The notes beneath the pieces were generated by a model. It saw only the letters and a program-made list of their open reading frames with translations. It was not told where the DNA came from and ran no database searches. The position numbers were made by a program, and so were the translations under genes. This document shows, piece by piece, positions 47,064 through 57,134 of a stretch of DNA of 64,000 bases (position 1 is its first letter; each line of letters opens with the position of its first letter). The stretch is from Patescibacteria group bacterium (GTDB lineage: Bacteria; Patescibacteriota; Patescibacteriia; 2-02-FULL-49-11), in assembly GCA_041645165.1 (NCBI GenBank), contig JBAZQN010000012.1:636-64635 (forward strand), in the 5' to 3' direction.

Positions 47064-47085
47064 TCGCCATTATGGCGATTTTTTA
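47064..47085 (+). terminator. Rho-independent terminator
   Basis: tcgccat-t-atggcga followed by TTTTTTAT. Confidence 0.65.
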
Positions 47086-47144
47086 TTTGGCTTCACGCTC
47101 CCAGCTTCTAGATTTTAAATTCCAACTCCTAGATGCCCATACCC

Positions 47145-47173
47145 TTGACATGCGCCGCAGATCGTGTTAATCT
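47145..47173 (+). promoter_or_regulatory. Sigma70-like promoter (TTGACA-17 bp-TAATCT) heading a 540-nt leader
   Basis: Consensus -35, 17-bp spacer, near-consensus -10; the leader contains TTAACAG 8-mer iterons, ATCTGCG tandem motifs and a partial MITE A. Confidence 0.35.
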
Positions 47174-47471
47174 TCCCTGTTTTAGCAATCCCAAACAAAC
47201 CAACAATATATAACAGTGTAACAGTCTAGCAATTCAACAGCATATCGATGTAACAGTTTAACACTGTAACAATTTAACAATTCATCCAACAAGGGCTCTC
47301 CTCTGGTGGTTGGGGTGTATACACCCAGAGTGAGCAATAACTTCTCTATCCAGATCTGCGTTTATCTGCGTGTGATCTGCGAAGATCGGCGTTATTGTAC
47401 TCTTTCCCCCCTAACCTCCAGTTGCGAGTTCTGGTTTCAAGAACTCATTGCGGCTGGAGGTTGGTTGTTTT

Positions 47472-47590
47472 TCATCCCGCACCGAGCCTGCCTGAACTTG
47501 ATTCGGGGATGCGGGATCCAGAGGACACCTCTTTCGTCATTCCGGATTTATTCCGGAATCCAGAAAAAACAAAAATACAATAACGATATT
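47472..47590. mobile_element. MITE-like element family A, partial/rearranged copy
   Basis: tcatcccgcaccgagcctgcc...ggggatgcgggatccag and gtcattccggatttattccggaatccagaaaaaacaaaaa; right TIR missing. Confidence 0.5.
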
Positions 47591-47717
47591 TCATTTCCGT
47601 TGGGATTAAAGCATCTTTTCATGTTTTGCTTTCAAGGGGAATGAATTAGAGATAGCAAATTGAAAATTCAGAAATTCAATGATAGAACAATAAAATAAAA
47701 AGAAAGGTAGGTTTGTT

Positions 47718-48383
47718 ATGGCAGAAGAAGCGGAAAAACAGACAAACGCCGGGCCGATCACGGTCAGCAAGGATGTGCTCGACATCGTGATCAACGAGGC
47801 CATTCGGCCACTTGCGCGGCATCTGGTGATGTCCCTGCCAGATGATGTATTAAAGGATCGTGCAAGATTGTGGTCGATGGCTACTCCGGCGCTCGCGTTT
47901 GCGGTGGCGCGGGCATTGCCGGACAAGGGGGTCTGGAAGACGGTGGACATTTTCCAGAAGGAATTTTTCTCCGAGGTCGGGCAGGCGTTGCGCGACCGTG
48001 CGTCCGGCATGCTTAAAGAAATTGCCACGCACGAACCGAAGATTGCGCACTTGCCGAAGGCCGAGGCGGTTTCTTTTGGATTGGTGTTTACGACCCTCGG
48101 CAGGACATCGCAAGGCGTGGCAGTACTTAAGAGGATCGGATCTTACGGAGGGGACGGCCTTGCATTGTACGCGCATTTTGCTGGCATCCCGGCGGCCCAG
48201 CTTGAACAGCAATTGAGAGGGTTGAAGCCAGAGGCGGTAGACGCCCTAATGCTTACCTTCAAGAAGCCGGAAAAACAACCCAGCGCCCCGATCTTGCCAA
48301 AGATGACAGCTAAACTCGACGGCTGGAAGAGTCGGGCGCGGCAGGCAGCTGACAAATACAATAAAAAGAAAGGATGGTGGTAA
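47718..48383 (+). CDS. Hypothetical protein (221 aa), first gene of the plus-strand hypothetical cluster
   Basis: No recognizable domain; 3-bp gap to the next gene. Confidence 0.5.
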   Translation: MAEEAEKQTNAGPITVSKDVLDIVINEAIRPLARHLVMSLPDDVLKDRARLWSMATPALAFAVARALPDKGVWKTVDIFQKEFFSEVGQALRDRASGMLKEIATHEPKIAHLPKAEAVSFGLVFTTLGRTSQGVAVLKRIGSYGGDGLALYAHFAGIPAAQLEQQLRGLKPEAVDALMLTFKKPEKQPSAPILPKMTAKLDGWKSRARQAADKYNKKKGWW

Positions 48384-48386
48384 GTC

Positions 48387-49628
48387 ATGGAGTTCCTCGA
48401 GCTATTTCATTCCTGGCTGGCCTACCAAGGTCGGCGGATCCAATGGACGGTCAGGTTTCTCGGTGCCACCGTCCTTATCACGGCAGTCCTTATCTCCTGG
48501 GGATTGTTTGTGCAAATGAGCATTGGGCTCATCATCGTAGGCGTACTGTTTTCGTTTGTGGGGTTCGTGCTGTTTGGGATACTCCGCCATTTGATTTTAT
48601 TGGTATTAGCTGAGGCGGCTGGGGAATTGGTGACGAAGACCCGCGAAGCGATTCAGACGTATTTGAAATTCATGGGGGTGGTGGTATTGAGCGAGGCGAT
48701 CGGGCTGAATTATCTGGGGCTCGTTTTTATCTTCGGGACACCGGATAAGATTATCTTCGGTCTGATTTCGCTCGCAGTCCTGATCCTGCTTTTGGGCGGC
48801 GGGATCAAGGGGGAGAAATTTATTCCCACCGTCACCGGACTCGCCTGGGTCGAGTTCGGTCTCGCAACCACATACCTCATCGCGCCGGAGGAGTTAAGGG
48901 CTCTCTTCGGGGAATTGAGACAGCTTCCATTTTTGGGGAATCTTGCATTGGTTGCTCTTGGTTACCTTGTGGTAAGCAAGGTCGCTAGGAAGAGAACTGG
49001 GCAGAGTGCTTCGGGTTTAACCACCGCCACCGTCAGCTCAACTACAACGCCAGCTTCGGGGTACGGTAGTGGTGCCAGCAAGAGCAAGGGGAGCGGGCTG
49101 TTCGGCTTCCTCATTTTTCTCCTTGTTCTTGGGGCGGCTGTCGGTGGCATTCTCTTCTTCACGCTTCCCAAGGAGAAACTGACGCCGGAGTATCGGGCGG
49201 AGGTTTTCGGGGCAGTGAAGGGAGAGGTCGGGAAGGTAACCAGCGAAGTCAAATCTCGCTTGGATACTTTCCGCGGCCCGCAAGCGCAAGCCGCACCCGC
49301 ACCCAAGCCAGCAGCCGCGGCGCCTATGAAGCTCTCCGTCGATCTTTCCGGTGCACGCGTTCTTGTGTATCGGGAGAGTGATGGAAGTGCACAGGGCCAG
49401 TTCATCGGTCCGGTGCTTGCGACGGCTATGACTGGCACGATCTCTCGGGACGCGGGAGGACCCGAGACGATTAGTGTGGCGCTGTGCTTTTCGCGACACG
49501 ATAGTGTCCTTGCTGTCGCCTCCCATCCGTTCAAGGAGAACGAAAGCTACACCTTCAAGTCCTCTGGAGTGCCCTACGTGTGGGCGCCGAAGGGGACGAA
49601 GGGAAAAGTCAATTTGGTTCTAAATTAA
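48387..49628 (+). CDS. Hypothetical polytopic membrane protein (413 aa; 6 TM, Thr/Ser-rich linker, C-terminal soluble domain)
   Basis: TM helices read directly; no known domain. Confidence 0.55.
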   Translation: MEFLELFHSWLAYQGRRIQWTVRFLGATVLITAVLISWGLFVQMSIGLIIVGVLFSFVGFVLFGILRHLILLVLAEAAGELVTKTREAIQTYLKFMGVVVLSEAIGLNYLGLVFIFGTPDKIIFGLISLAVLILLLGGGIKGEKFIPTVTGLAWVEFGLATTYLIAPEELRALFGELRQLPFLGNLALVALGYLVVSKVARKRTGQSASGLTTATVSSTTTPASGYGSGASKSKGSGLFGFLIFLLVLGAAVGGILFFTLPKEKLTPEYRAEVFGAVKGEVGKVTSEVKSRLDTFRGPQAQAAPAPKPAAAAPMKLSVDLSGARVLVYRESDGSAQGQFIGPVLATAMTGTISRDAGGPETISVALCFSRHDSVLAVASHPFKENESYTFKSSGVPYVWAPKGTKGKVNLVLN

Positions 49629-49650
49629 AGCTCGCGTTGAGGACGTGAGA

Positions 49651-49690
49651 AAGGCCGGATAGATCTTTTATCCGGCCTTGATTTTTTTAT
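49651..49690 (+). terminator. Rho-independent terminator
   Basis: aaggccggata-gatcttt-tatccggcctt followed by GATTTTTTTATTTATTT. Confidence 0.75.
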
Positions 49691-49742
49691 TTATTTCTGT
49701 TATGATATAAGTGTTTTATACCCAATCTTTAACTAAAAAAGT

Positions 49743-50069
49743 ATGCTTACCTCTGCGATTCAGCAGTTTGTAGCCCAGCTCATGACGGATGCCGGGCTCG
49801 ATGCCCTTGCGCCAGAGTTCAAAGAGGATTATGCTGAACAGCTTGCTGCACAAGTAGAACGTCGCATTGGGATAAAAGCCGTGGGGATGCTTGATTTCAA
49901 AGGTAAGCAAGAATACCTCAAATTTATCGAAAAATTCGAAAATAAAGTGCCAAATCCCGAGGAGGCGCATAAATTTTTCCAGCAGCATGTGACGGATTTT
50001 GACACGAAAATGCAGACCGTACTCGACGATTTTTCAAAAGAATTCTTATCATCTATTAAGAAAGATTAA
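49743..50069 (+). CDS. Small helical protein (108 aa), paralog of 51660-51992
   Basis: About 35% identity to the 51660 protein over the core; precedes the large paralog by 11 nt. Confidence 0.6.
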   Translation: MLTSAIQQFVAQLMTDAGLDALAPEFKEDYAEQLAAQVERRIGIKAVGMLDFKGKQEYLKFIEKFENKVPNPEEAHKFFQQHVTDFDTKMQTVLDDFSKEFLSSIKKD

Positions 50070-50079
50070 TATTGTTTAT

Positions 50080-51636
50080 ATGTCTGAACATCCACAGCAA
50101 CGACAGGAGGCAGAGGGAGGAATACATCAATTCATTGACACGAGCGGAGCGACTATCGGACCTACTGTTGATCAGAATTTTAACGGCGCGCATATCGGTC
50201 CCCATACCGAAGAGAATTTTAGCGGCGCGCGCATTGGCGGCATGCACGCAGAACACGTCGATGGCGGTATCAATGTCACTATCGGCTCGCCACGAGATGT
50301 AACGGCAGAAAAAGAGAAGACAGCTGCGCGTGAGGAGACGACCACAAAGAAGGCTGCAACTCATGAGGAAAAGCCAGCGAGCGAAGAAAAGGGTAAGGGG
50401 ACAAATCAGGAAGCAAAGGAGCAAAAAGATGTAACGTATAAACTTACCCAGGGTGAATTTGATATGTTAGTATTGGCGACAAAGGTGAAATTACGCAGGA
50501 AAGAAGTTACACCAGAAGAATTGGGAAAAGTATTAGAGCAGGCGGTAAAGGATGTGATTGGCGTTGCCGCAAAGGAGAAACGGGCAAGAAAAGACGTAAA
50601 GGTTTATTCTCTCGAAGACTTCAAGACGGCACTTGGCATAGGTAAAAAGAAAGAAGAAGAACCAAAGGAGGAATATGCACTGACTGATGCTGAATTGGCA
50701 AGTGCGGTGCGGAGGCTGAAAAAAGCATTTCCTCTTGAGGGAAACAAAGAGCCGCCTGATGAAGGTATTATGTTTATAGTGAAAGACGAAATGTTGAAAC
50801 GCGGCGAAAAGGCTGAAACACCGAAAGACGCAAAGGTCTTGACAATCGCGCAGATCAGGGATGCATATAAGAGACCAGAGAAGAAGGAACAGAAAGAAGA
50901 AGCGTCCTTTCAGATGACTCCTTTTGAGTTTAAATATGTAGTCAAACGGCTTTTGGAATGGAAAGTGACGGCGGACAAACTTTCTGTGATAGATGTACAG
51001 AGAATTAAGCTTGACCCCGCCAGGAGAAGAGGGGGGGAACAGCCGCGTACGTACACCTTGGATGATATAAGGAAGGCTTTAGGATCCGAAGGGGCGGGCG
51101 GTCAGACAGACAAGAGTGCGAGGAAAGATGATAAAGATGGCAATGCACCACCACCTGAGAAGGAAGCGCCTGACGGTGGATACCAGTATAGTAAGGCTGA
51201 AATGGCGTCTGTTGTGAAATCACTTGCTGACCAGATGATTGATCCCCAGAATTTAACGGCTGAAGATATTCGCGCAATATCATATCCTGTTGAGGAACAT
51301 GCAGAGCGGGGTGCGGTTACTTTGGAGGATCTAAAACAGGCCTTGGCTGAAGAGTTGGGGAAGAGGGCGGGAGGAGAACATGAGGGTTTTAAGCCAAAAA
51401 CCAAGGAGGAGCTTGAGGCGATTGCCCCCGAGCCTTATAAGGTTACTTATAACGGAGCTACCTATGATATCCGACAGGTAATGGATAATGCTGATAAGCT
51501 TGCGCGAGTGAGGGATGCGTTTGGCATTGAAGGGAAAGAGAGAACTTCTACACAGAAGGGGATTGTGGGTGATTTAGCGATAGCGTTAGATATAGCAATT
51601 AGAAATGGACTCCAGCCAATCGAGGAAAAGAAGTAA
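50080..51636 (+). CDS. Large K/E-rich hypothetical protein (519 aa) with conserved Gly/His-rich N-terminal domain and internal LEDxKxALG repeats
   Basis: N-terminal GIHQFIDTSGATIGPTVDQNFNGAHIGPHTEENFSGARIGGMHAEHVDGGINV shared with the 51996 protein; track start 49999 overlaps the upstream gene and ATG 50080 follows its stop. Confidence 0.6.
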   Translation: MSEHPQQRQEAEGGIHQFIDTSGATIGPTVDQNFNGAHIGPHTEENFSGARIGGMHAEHVDGGINVTIGSPRDVTAEKEKTAAREETTTKKAATHEEKPASEEKGKGTNQEAKEQKDVTYKLTQGEFDMLVLATKVKLRRKEVTPEELGKVLEQAVKDVIGVAAKEKRARKDVKVYSLEDFKTALGIGKKKEEEPKEEYALTDAELASAVRRLKKAFPLEGNKEPPDEGIMFIVKDEMLKRGEKAETPKDAKVLTIAQIRDAYKRPEKKEQKEEASFQMTPFEFKYVVKRLLEWKVTADKLSVIDVQRIKLDPARRRGGEQPRTYTLDDIRKALGSEGAGGQTDKSARKDDKDGNAPPPEKEAPDGGYQYSKAEMASVVKSLADQMIDPQNLTAEDIRAISYPVEEHAERGAVTLEDLKQALAEELGKRAGGEHEGFKPKTKEELEAIAPEPYKVTYNGATYDIRQVMDNADKLARVRDAFGIEGKERTSTQKGIVGDLAIALDIAIRNGLQPIEEKK

Positions 51637-51659
51637 GTCACACGGATTTGATTTAGTGT

Positions 51660-51992
51660 ATGTCACACGCACCTGCACGTCACTTCGCCCACCACCTTAT
51701 ACATCACGGAGGGCTTCACGTACTCGGTCATACGTATACGCATGAATATAAAGAGAAACTCGCCGATCAGCTATCCCGTAGGGTGGGCCTGAAAGCGATA
51801 CAAATGCTCGACGATAATGGGCGGGAGGAGTATATGAAATTCAGTTCCAAATTTGCACGCAAGGATCCGACGCCTAAGCAGGCGTTTGATTTTTTTCGAA
51901 AGCGCATTCCCGACTTTGAGAAGAAACTCGGGCAGGTAGTGAGCGATATTATACGCGATTTTTTCGAATCCCATGCGAAGTTTGTAGGATAA
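51660..51992 (+). CDS. Small helical protein (110 aa), paralog of 49743-50069
   Basis: HEYKEKLADQLSRRVGLKAIQMLDDNGREEYMKFSSKFARKDPTPKQAFDFFRK aligns with the 49743 protein. Confidence 0.6.
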   Translation: MSHAPARHFAHHLIHHGGLHVLGHTYTHEYKEKLADQLSRRVGLKAIQMLDDNGREEYMKFSSKFARKDPTPKQAFDFFRKRIPDFEKKLGQVVSDIIRDFFESHAKFVG

Positions 51993-51995
51993 TAT

Positions 51996-54900
51996 ATGGA
52001 AGATCCCAAAGAACAAAGTACATCCACTCATACCGAGCTCACGCGCGAGCGCGGAGTGACCAGCGAGGAGCGTGCAAAGCACGTACTGCTTGAAAAAGAG
52101 CTCACTGCGTTGATGCGCAAACGTAAAAAAGGCGAAGCGCCGTCACCTGATGAAAAAAGGCTTATCGGCGACGTCCTCGCGCACCCTTATCGGATCGAGC
52201 AGGTAACCGTGTTCCTGTATGGGCCGCGAAGTACAAAAATATCTCCTGAAATTAAAGCAAAGTTACTTGAATTCTGCACATTAAGAGATAGGATCGAGTT
52301 AGGGAGTCATGGTGCAGGGGGATCTATAATAATTAATCAGAACGTTGAAGGAGTTCATCAAACCATTGATAATAGCGGCGCTCAAATAGGACCTCAAGTA
52401 AAGCAAGACTTTACCGGTGCACATATTGGACCTCATGTGGAAGAGGATTTTACCGGTGCACGTGTTGGCGGCATGCATGCGGATAATGTACAGGGCGGCA
52501 TAACGGTTGACGTTGCGGGAGGGGTGGCATCTGTTCCTGTGGCGCCTCCCTCGCATGAAGAACCACGGAGGGAGAGACCAGAGGAAGAGGAGGAAGCTGA
52601 ACAAGAACCAGAAGAAGAAGAAGAAGAAGTTGAAGAGGAGCCAGAAGAGGAGGAAGCTGAGTTAGTACCAGAGGAAGAAGTTGAAGAGGAAGAGGAACTA
52701 GAGCCGGAGAGAGAATGGAATCTCCTACGCAGGCTGAATACGGCAAAACGGGAGGAGGCACTGCGTCAGGGGGTGGAGGGACCGAAGACCGAGGAAGACA
52801 TTGAGATTGATTTGGAAAAAGTAAAATACGCAGAACGTGATGAGGTGGCAGATGACCAAGAGCTCAATGAGAAGATCCAGGAGCTTTTAGAAGCTATGGC
52901 AAAGGCTGAGGATGTGCTTGAGGGTGTGAAACCGGAGACCTTGCAGTTTATCAACGAGCGGACGGGACTTCCTGAAGATCAGGTTTTAGAAATAGCCAAA
53001 CAACAGCTAACGCGTTTGCAAGAGGAAGCCGAGAAAAATGTGAAGGGCAAGAAGAGCAAATCAGGCTGGTTTAAGACGCTCGCAAAAAATATCCTTCCCT
53101 ATGCCGCTTTTGCGAGCTTGGGTTTTTTTGCGCTACTTCCCGGTTCGCTTGCCGCGCTCACGTTTGCGGCGTACCGCGGCGGGCAGATGCTCTATAAGAA
53201 GCATAAGGAGAAGAAGGCGATTACCGAAGAGACAGAACGCATACAGGGCCAGTTGGTCGTAAACGGTTCTCAAGAACAGCGGCAATATAAGGAGCAGTAT
53301 AACGCATCCATTGCCACGGCCAAGCAGGAGCAGATCGACGGAGAGTCAGTGGAAAAGAGGATGCTTGATACTGATGCAGCGCGGGATGCGCATCTTAATA
53401 CATGGAGAGCAGAAGAGTTGTGGAGCAAATCAGCGGCAGATCAAGAAAGCGCCCGACAGGAATATTTGGATGAACTTACTAATACCAGGGAAGCGTATGA
53501 ACAAAGGATTCTCACGTATTTGGAAAACCACGAATACTGGAGAGAGCGTCCCGAAGAAGAGCGTGTGCTCTACGCCAAGGCGTGCAGTGATTTATATGAG
53601 CGAAATGAACGGGAGTCATTGAGCGAGGCGGAGCTGCAGGCGGAATTTGTAAAGGTAGATGAGGGAAAGATTACGAAGTTCCTACGGCGCAAGCGGCACG
53701 AGCTCGAAGAAGTAAAGTTCTTCAAGGGGCTTTCTGAAAAGATGAAGGATAAGGTAAATACCGGCCTCATCTTTATTGCCGCTCGGCAAGTGGCGCATGC
53801 CAGCAGCGTTCTGGGACCTGCGATGGATTTCTGGGGCGGCATGCGGCTCGGCGGCGCATTGGGGGATTTGATGCTGCGAAAGAAATATGGCGAACTCCAG
53901 GATGTGACGGTAGATGATCTCACGCGGTGCCAGTCGCTCTCAAGACTCACTCCTGATCAACGAAGCAAAGCTAACTTACCGGACGATGCCCAGCTTACAG
54001 AATGGAAGAAAGCGCTCTATGATAAGGCGCAGCGGCAGATATTGAATACAGATTTCAGGCTCAAACATCCCACGGAATATGCACAGTTAAAGGAGTATCT
54101 CCACGGAGAAGCGCTGAAAGACATGTCCACCCGTTATCTCATGCGACTGGAACAGATGAACAGTGATGACGAGCAAGTCATGGCGCTCTCTTTAGGTCTT
54201 GCGGTCAGTGAGGAACAGAAAGTGAGCCGCACCCAGGAAGCTGCTGTTACGGGAGGGGCACGAGAGGCGCAGGCACGGAAGGAAAAGATAGAAAAGGAAG
54301 TGCAGTGGAAGAGGGTAGCCTATAAGATGGGCGGTGCATTGATTACCTCGGTGGTTGGTGAAGTGGTGTCTAAAGAGATTCAGGAGGCGGTGGAGGCGAA
54401 GGTTGCCGCAGGGGAAGTATCGGAAGGTGCATTGGCAGTCGCGGCACGGGTGACGACTTGGTTTGAAGAGTTGCAGCGGGGCGCGCAGGGCGAGCGGTGG
54501 TGGGAAAAACTCCCGCCTGAGTGGGCAGGGGAGAAGGTCAATTTGCTCGGCGTCGAAATGACGAAATTAGAATGGCTGAGGAAGTTCGTGCCAGAATTCG
54601 AAATAGCCACTGAACATTTACCGCCCGTTGAGTTTGATGATGGAGGGGGCGAGGGGGCATTGCCCGCACCAGGTTCTGCCGGGGAAGAACATGTACCAGG
54701 AGAATTTGAGGATGGTGGAGATAAAGGAGGGGGAGAAGCGATAGTTCCGCCACCAGTCGAAACCGTTCCCTTGCCGGCCCATATTGGATATCAAGGCGGT
54801 GGGGACTTGTGGCATGAGCTTATCAAGCAAGCTAATGTCCGTGCTGACTTCACCCAACTTGTGGGCCATCAAATTCCGGAATCAAGCTTGCAACTTTCCG

Positions 54901-56873
54901 GGGATGATACTTGGACGATTGACGCTTTGAAAGACGAAGTTTTGCGTAATCCGGCAGCATATAATTTGCCTGCTAATGTTGATATTGACCATTTGACTGC
55001 GGAACAGTTAAAGAATTTTGATTATGATAAACTGTTTAATCAATGGACGATAACTCATCAGGCTGACGTGATTCATCATGTCAGCGCTTCGGAAGACGCC
55101 CAGAATAAGGAACACAATCGCCTACTTGCTAAGTGGCAGGCGGAGCATCCGCACGAGACGATTGAATCCACGCCGGGTGAGAAGAATTTTGCGGATGATA
55201 TTATTAGAGAAATGCGGGCGGAAGAGGTGTTCGCAGAGGGAACCACAGCAGGTGGCAGTGCAGCGCCGGTGGTGCCTGAAACGGCAGGAACCGGCAGGAC
55301 TGTGGTGATCAATGAAGCGGGCGCAGAGTATGAGCAGCCCGCGGAGCTCGTATATCCGCAGGCAGGCAAGGGTGCGCAGGTTGAAGCGCCGCCTGCTGCG
55401 GCGAAGGTATCCGGAGGCGTGATATTGGAAACGCCTGTGCCAGAGAGCAGCGCCGGCGGGCAGGAATATTTCTATGATGAGAATTCTCATATGGAGTACC
55501 GCCATGTGCCCGGGACGAAAAATATTTATGAATTCAATAAGATAGAAGAAGGAGCGACTGGCGGAGGAAAGGGATCATTTAAAGATCATGGGTTGCCGGA
55601 GGGCGCCGTGGAAGTAGATGCCAAGGGAGTCCAGCAAGTTGTTGCCGAATACGCCAAACTGGATAAACAATTATTGAATGATGAGAAGGTGCTCCCAGAG
55701 GGAGCAAAGCGTTTGTTTTATACACCGGAGAGCCAACGCGACTTCGCGTATTATCAGCAGTTGGACCAGGCTTTGCGCGAGATTGATCGGGTGCACATTG
55801 AGCAAGACGGCAGGATGATGAACTGCATCATCGGCGGCAAGGATTACCGTATAGCGATACCCGAAGGATGGCGTGTAGGAGACGATGCGCAGGGCAGCCT
55901 AGAGCCGCGGATTTCTGTGAATAGTCCTGAAGGCATAAATACAATAGGTGTGCTCACGGTGAAGGACAATAAACTTATAATTGATTCATTAGGTAATCAG
56001 CAGGAAGTGGGCGGGGCCTTTGGAGGCAAGCAGTTGAAAGGAGAGGGATTGAGGATAATTGCTATTGATAAAAGTCCATTGCCGACGGGTATCGCAGGTA
56101 TTGATCCAAAGATACCGGGACTGGATGCTCAACGTACTCAACCATTGGAGGGCAAAGAATCTACTGGGATCCCTGCAGTTGATCGTTTGCATCAGGAAGT
56201 TGCAGAGATGCATAAATACACAGATGCATGGGATACACTTATGTCTGATAAGGCCACAGGCGAACAAAAGGTTGAAGCTTTTAAAGCGGTCATCCCTGAC
56301 AAGCAAGCGGTGGAAATGAATATCTTTACCTTCGCGCGCGATGGCGACAAATTGTATCTTATAGAAGGCGGCAAACAGATAGAGGTTACGCCCAATAATG
56401 TCAATAAATTGCAAGAGATTTATCAGCAGGCATGGGATCAGCTTCATGGTAAACATATGGCTCCGGTGACAGAGCGGGCGGCAGCGCACGCGGCGGAAGC
56501 TGTGTCCCCGTCTTCGGGACCAGAGGTGAAATATGATTTTGGCAAAGCATTCACATCATTAAATACTGACGATCTCTATTTGGTGAAAGGAAATGCGCAA
56601 GATATGATTAACCTGTCTGGCACGGAATTTGGCAAGATTGCGGCAAATTTAGGCATGTCAGAGGCTAATTTTCGCAGGGGACTTGAGCTTATCGTAAAGG
56701 GAGTTGATGCGAATGGCGGGAACTTTATCATGGACAATGCGCAGGATATAAAAGACGTTGAGGGCGCGCTCGATGCCATTATTACCGCGTACGGGGAAAC
56801 GAGCAGCATCGGACAGTATCTTAAGCACTTACAGGAATCAGTTGAGCAAAGCCTCAAGAAACCCGACACATAA
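51996..56873 (+). CDS. Giant hypothetical protein (1625 aa): shared N-terminal Gly/His-rich domain, poly-Glu acidic tract, single TM segment, long C-terminal region
   Basis: GVHQTIDNSGAQIGPQVKQDFTGAHIGPHVEEDFTGARVGGMHADNVQGGITV paralogous to the 50080 protein; EEEEAEQEPEEEEEEVEEEPEEEE tract; TM ILPYAAFASLGFFALLPGSLAALTFAAY; starts 4 nt after the small paralog. Confidence 0.65.
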   Translation: MEDPKEQSTSTHTELTRERGVTSEERAKHVLLEKELTALMRKRKKGEAPSPDEKRLIGDVLAHPYRIEQVTVFLYGPRSTKISPEIKAKLLEFCTLRDRIELGSHGAGGSIIINQNVEGVHQTIDNSGAQIGPQVKQDFTGAHIGPHVEEDFTGARVGGMHADNVQGGITVDVAGGVASVPVAPPSHEEPRRERPEEEEEAEQEPEEEEEEVEEEPEEEEAELVPEEEVEEEEELEPEREWNLLRRLNTAKREEALRQGVEGPKTEEDIEIDLEKVKYAERDEVADDQELNEKIQELLEAMAKAEDVLEGVKPETLQFINERTGLPEDQVLEIAKQQLTRLQEEAEKNVKGKKSKSGWFKTLAKNILPYAAFASLGFFALLPGSLAALTFAAYRGGQMLYKKHKEKKAITEETERIQGQLVVNGSQEQRQYKEQYNASIATAKQEQIDGESVEKRMLDTDAARDAHLNTWRAEELWSKSAADQESARQEYLDELTNTREAYEQRILTYLENHEYWRERPEEERVLYAKACSDLYERNERESLSEAELQAEFVKVDEGKITKFLRRKRHELEEVKFFKGLSEKMKDKVNTGLIFIAARQVAHASSVLGPAMDFWGGMRLGGALGDLMLRKKYGELQDVTVDDLTRCQSLSRLTPDQRSKANLPDDAQLTEWKKALYDKAQRQILNTDFRLKHPTEYAQLKEYLHGEALKDMSTRYLMRLEQMNSDDEQVMALSLGLAVSEEQKVSRTQEAAVTGGAREAQARKEKIEKEVQWKRVAYKMGGALITSVVGEVVSKEIQEAVEAKVAAGEVSEGALAVAARVTTWFEELQRGAQGERWWEKLPPEWAGEKVNLLGVEMTKLEWLRKFVPEFEIATEHLPPVEFDDGGGEGALPAPGSAGEEHVPGEFEDGGDKGGGEAIVPPPVETVPLPAHIGYQGGGDLWHELIKQANVRADFTQLVGHQIPESSLQLSGDDTWTIDALKDEVLRNPAAYNLPANVDIDHLTAEQLKNFDYDKLFNQWTITHQADVIHHVSASEDAQNKEHNRLLAKWQAEHPHETIESTPGEKNFADDIIREMRAEEVFAEGTTAGGSAAPVVPETAGTGRTVVINEAGAEYEQPAELVYPQAGKGAQVEAPPAAAKVSGGVILETPVPESSAGGQEYFYDENSHMEYRHVPGTKNIYEFNKIEEGATGGGKGSFKDHGLPEGAVEVDAKGVQQVVAEYAKLDKQLLNDEKVLPEGAKRLFYTPESQRDFAYYQQLDQALREIDRVHIEQDGRMMNCIIGGKDYRIAIPEGWRVGDDAQGSLEPRISVNSPEGINTIGVLTVKDNKLIIDSLGNQQEVGGAFGGKQLKGEGLRIIAIDKSPLPTGIAGIDPKIPGLDAQRTQPLEGKESTGIPAVDRLHQEVAEMHKYTDAWDTLMSDKATGEQKVEAFKAVIPDKQAVEMNIFTFARDGDKLYLIEGGKQIEVTPNNVNKLQEIYQQAWDQLHGKHMAPVTERAAAHAAEAVSPSSGPEVKYDFGKAFTSLNTDDLYLVKGNAQDMINLSGTEFGKIAANLGMSEANFRRGLELIVKGVDANGGNFIMDNAQDIKDVEGALDAIITAYGETSSIGQYLKHLQESVEQSLKKPDT

Positions 56874-56903
56874 TCTTTTCTCCGAAAAAGAGAATCATCA
56901 TAC

Positions 56904-56928
56904 GGGCGCGCGGCAACGCGCCTTTTGT
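56904..56928 (+). terminator. Rho-independent terminator after the giant gene
   Basis: ggcgcg-cggcaa-cgcgcc followed by TTTTGTAATT. Confidence 0.55.
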
Positions 56929-57134
56929 AATTCATCCCGCCCGCGATCACGCGCACCGCATAATCAAAATGTAGGGGCGTACGGCTGTACGCCCATAACC
57001 TGAATAAAAAGCAAGAAACCCTCGAGATCTTGCGCGCATTTGAACCATTGACGGTTGCGTGCTGATGATAAATTTGATATAGTAGGGTCGTATGGTAATT
57101 GATGTAATGGTTCAAGTAAATTATTGGCGCAAGA

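Noticed and set aside
47344-47390. ATCTGCG tandem clusters as a chromosomal origin (DnaA boxes)
   Set aside because: Motif differs from the TTATCCACA consensus at the critical positions, clusters are scattered over at least eight loci, and no dnaA/dnaN is nearby.
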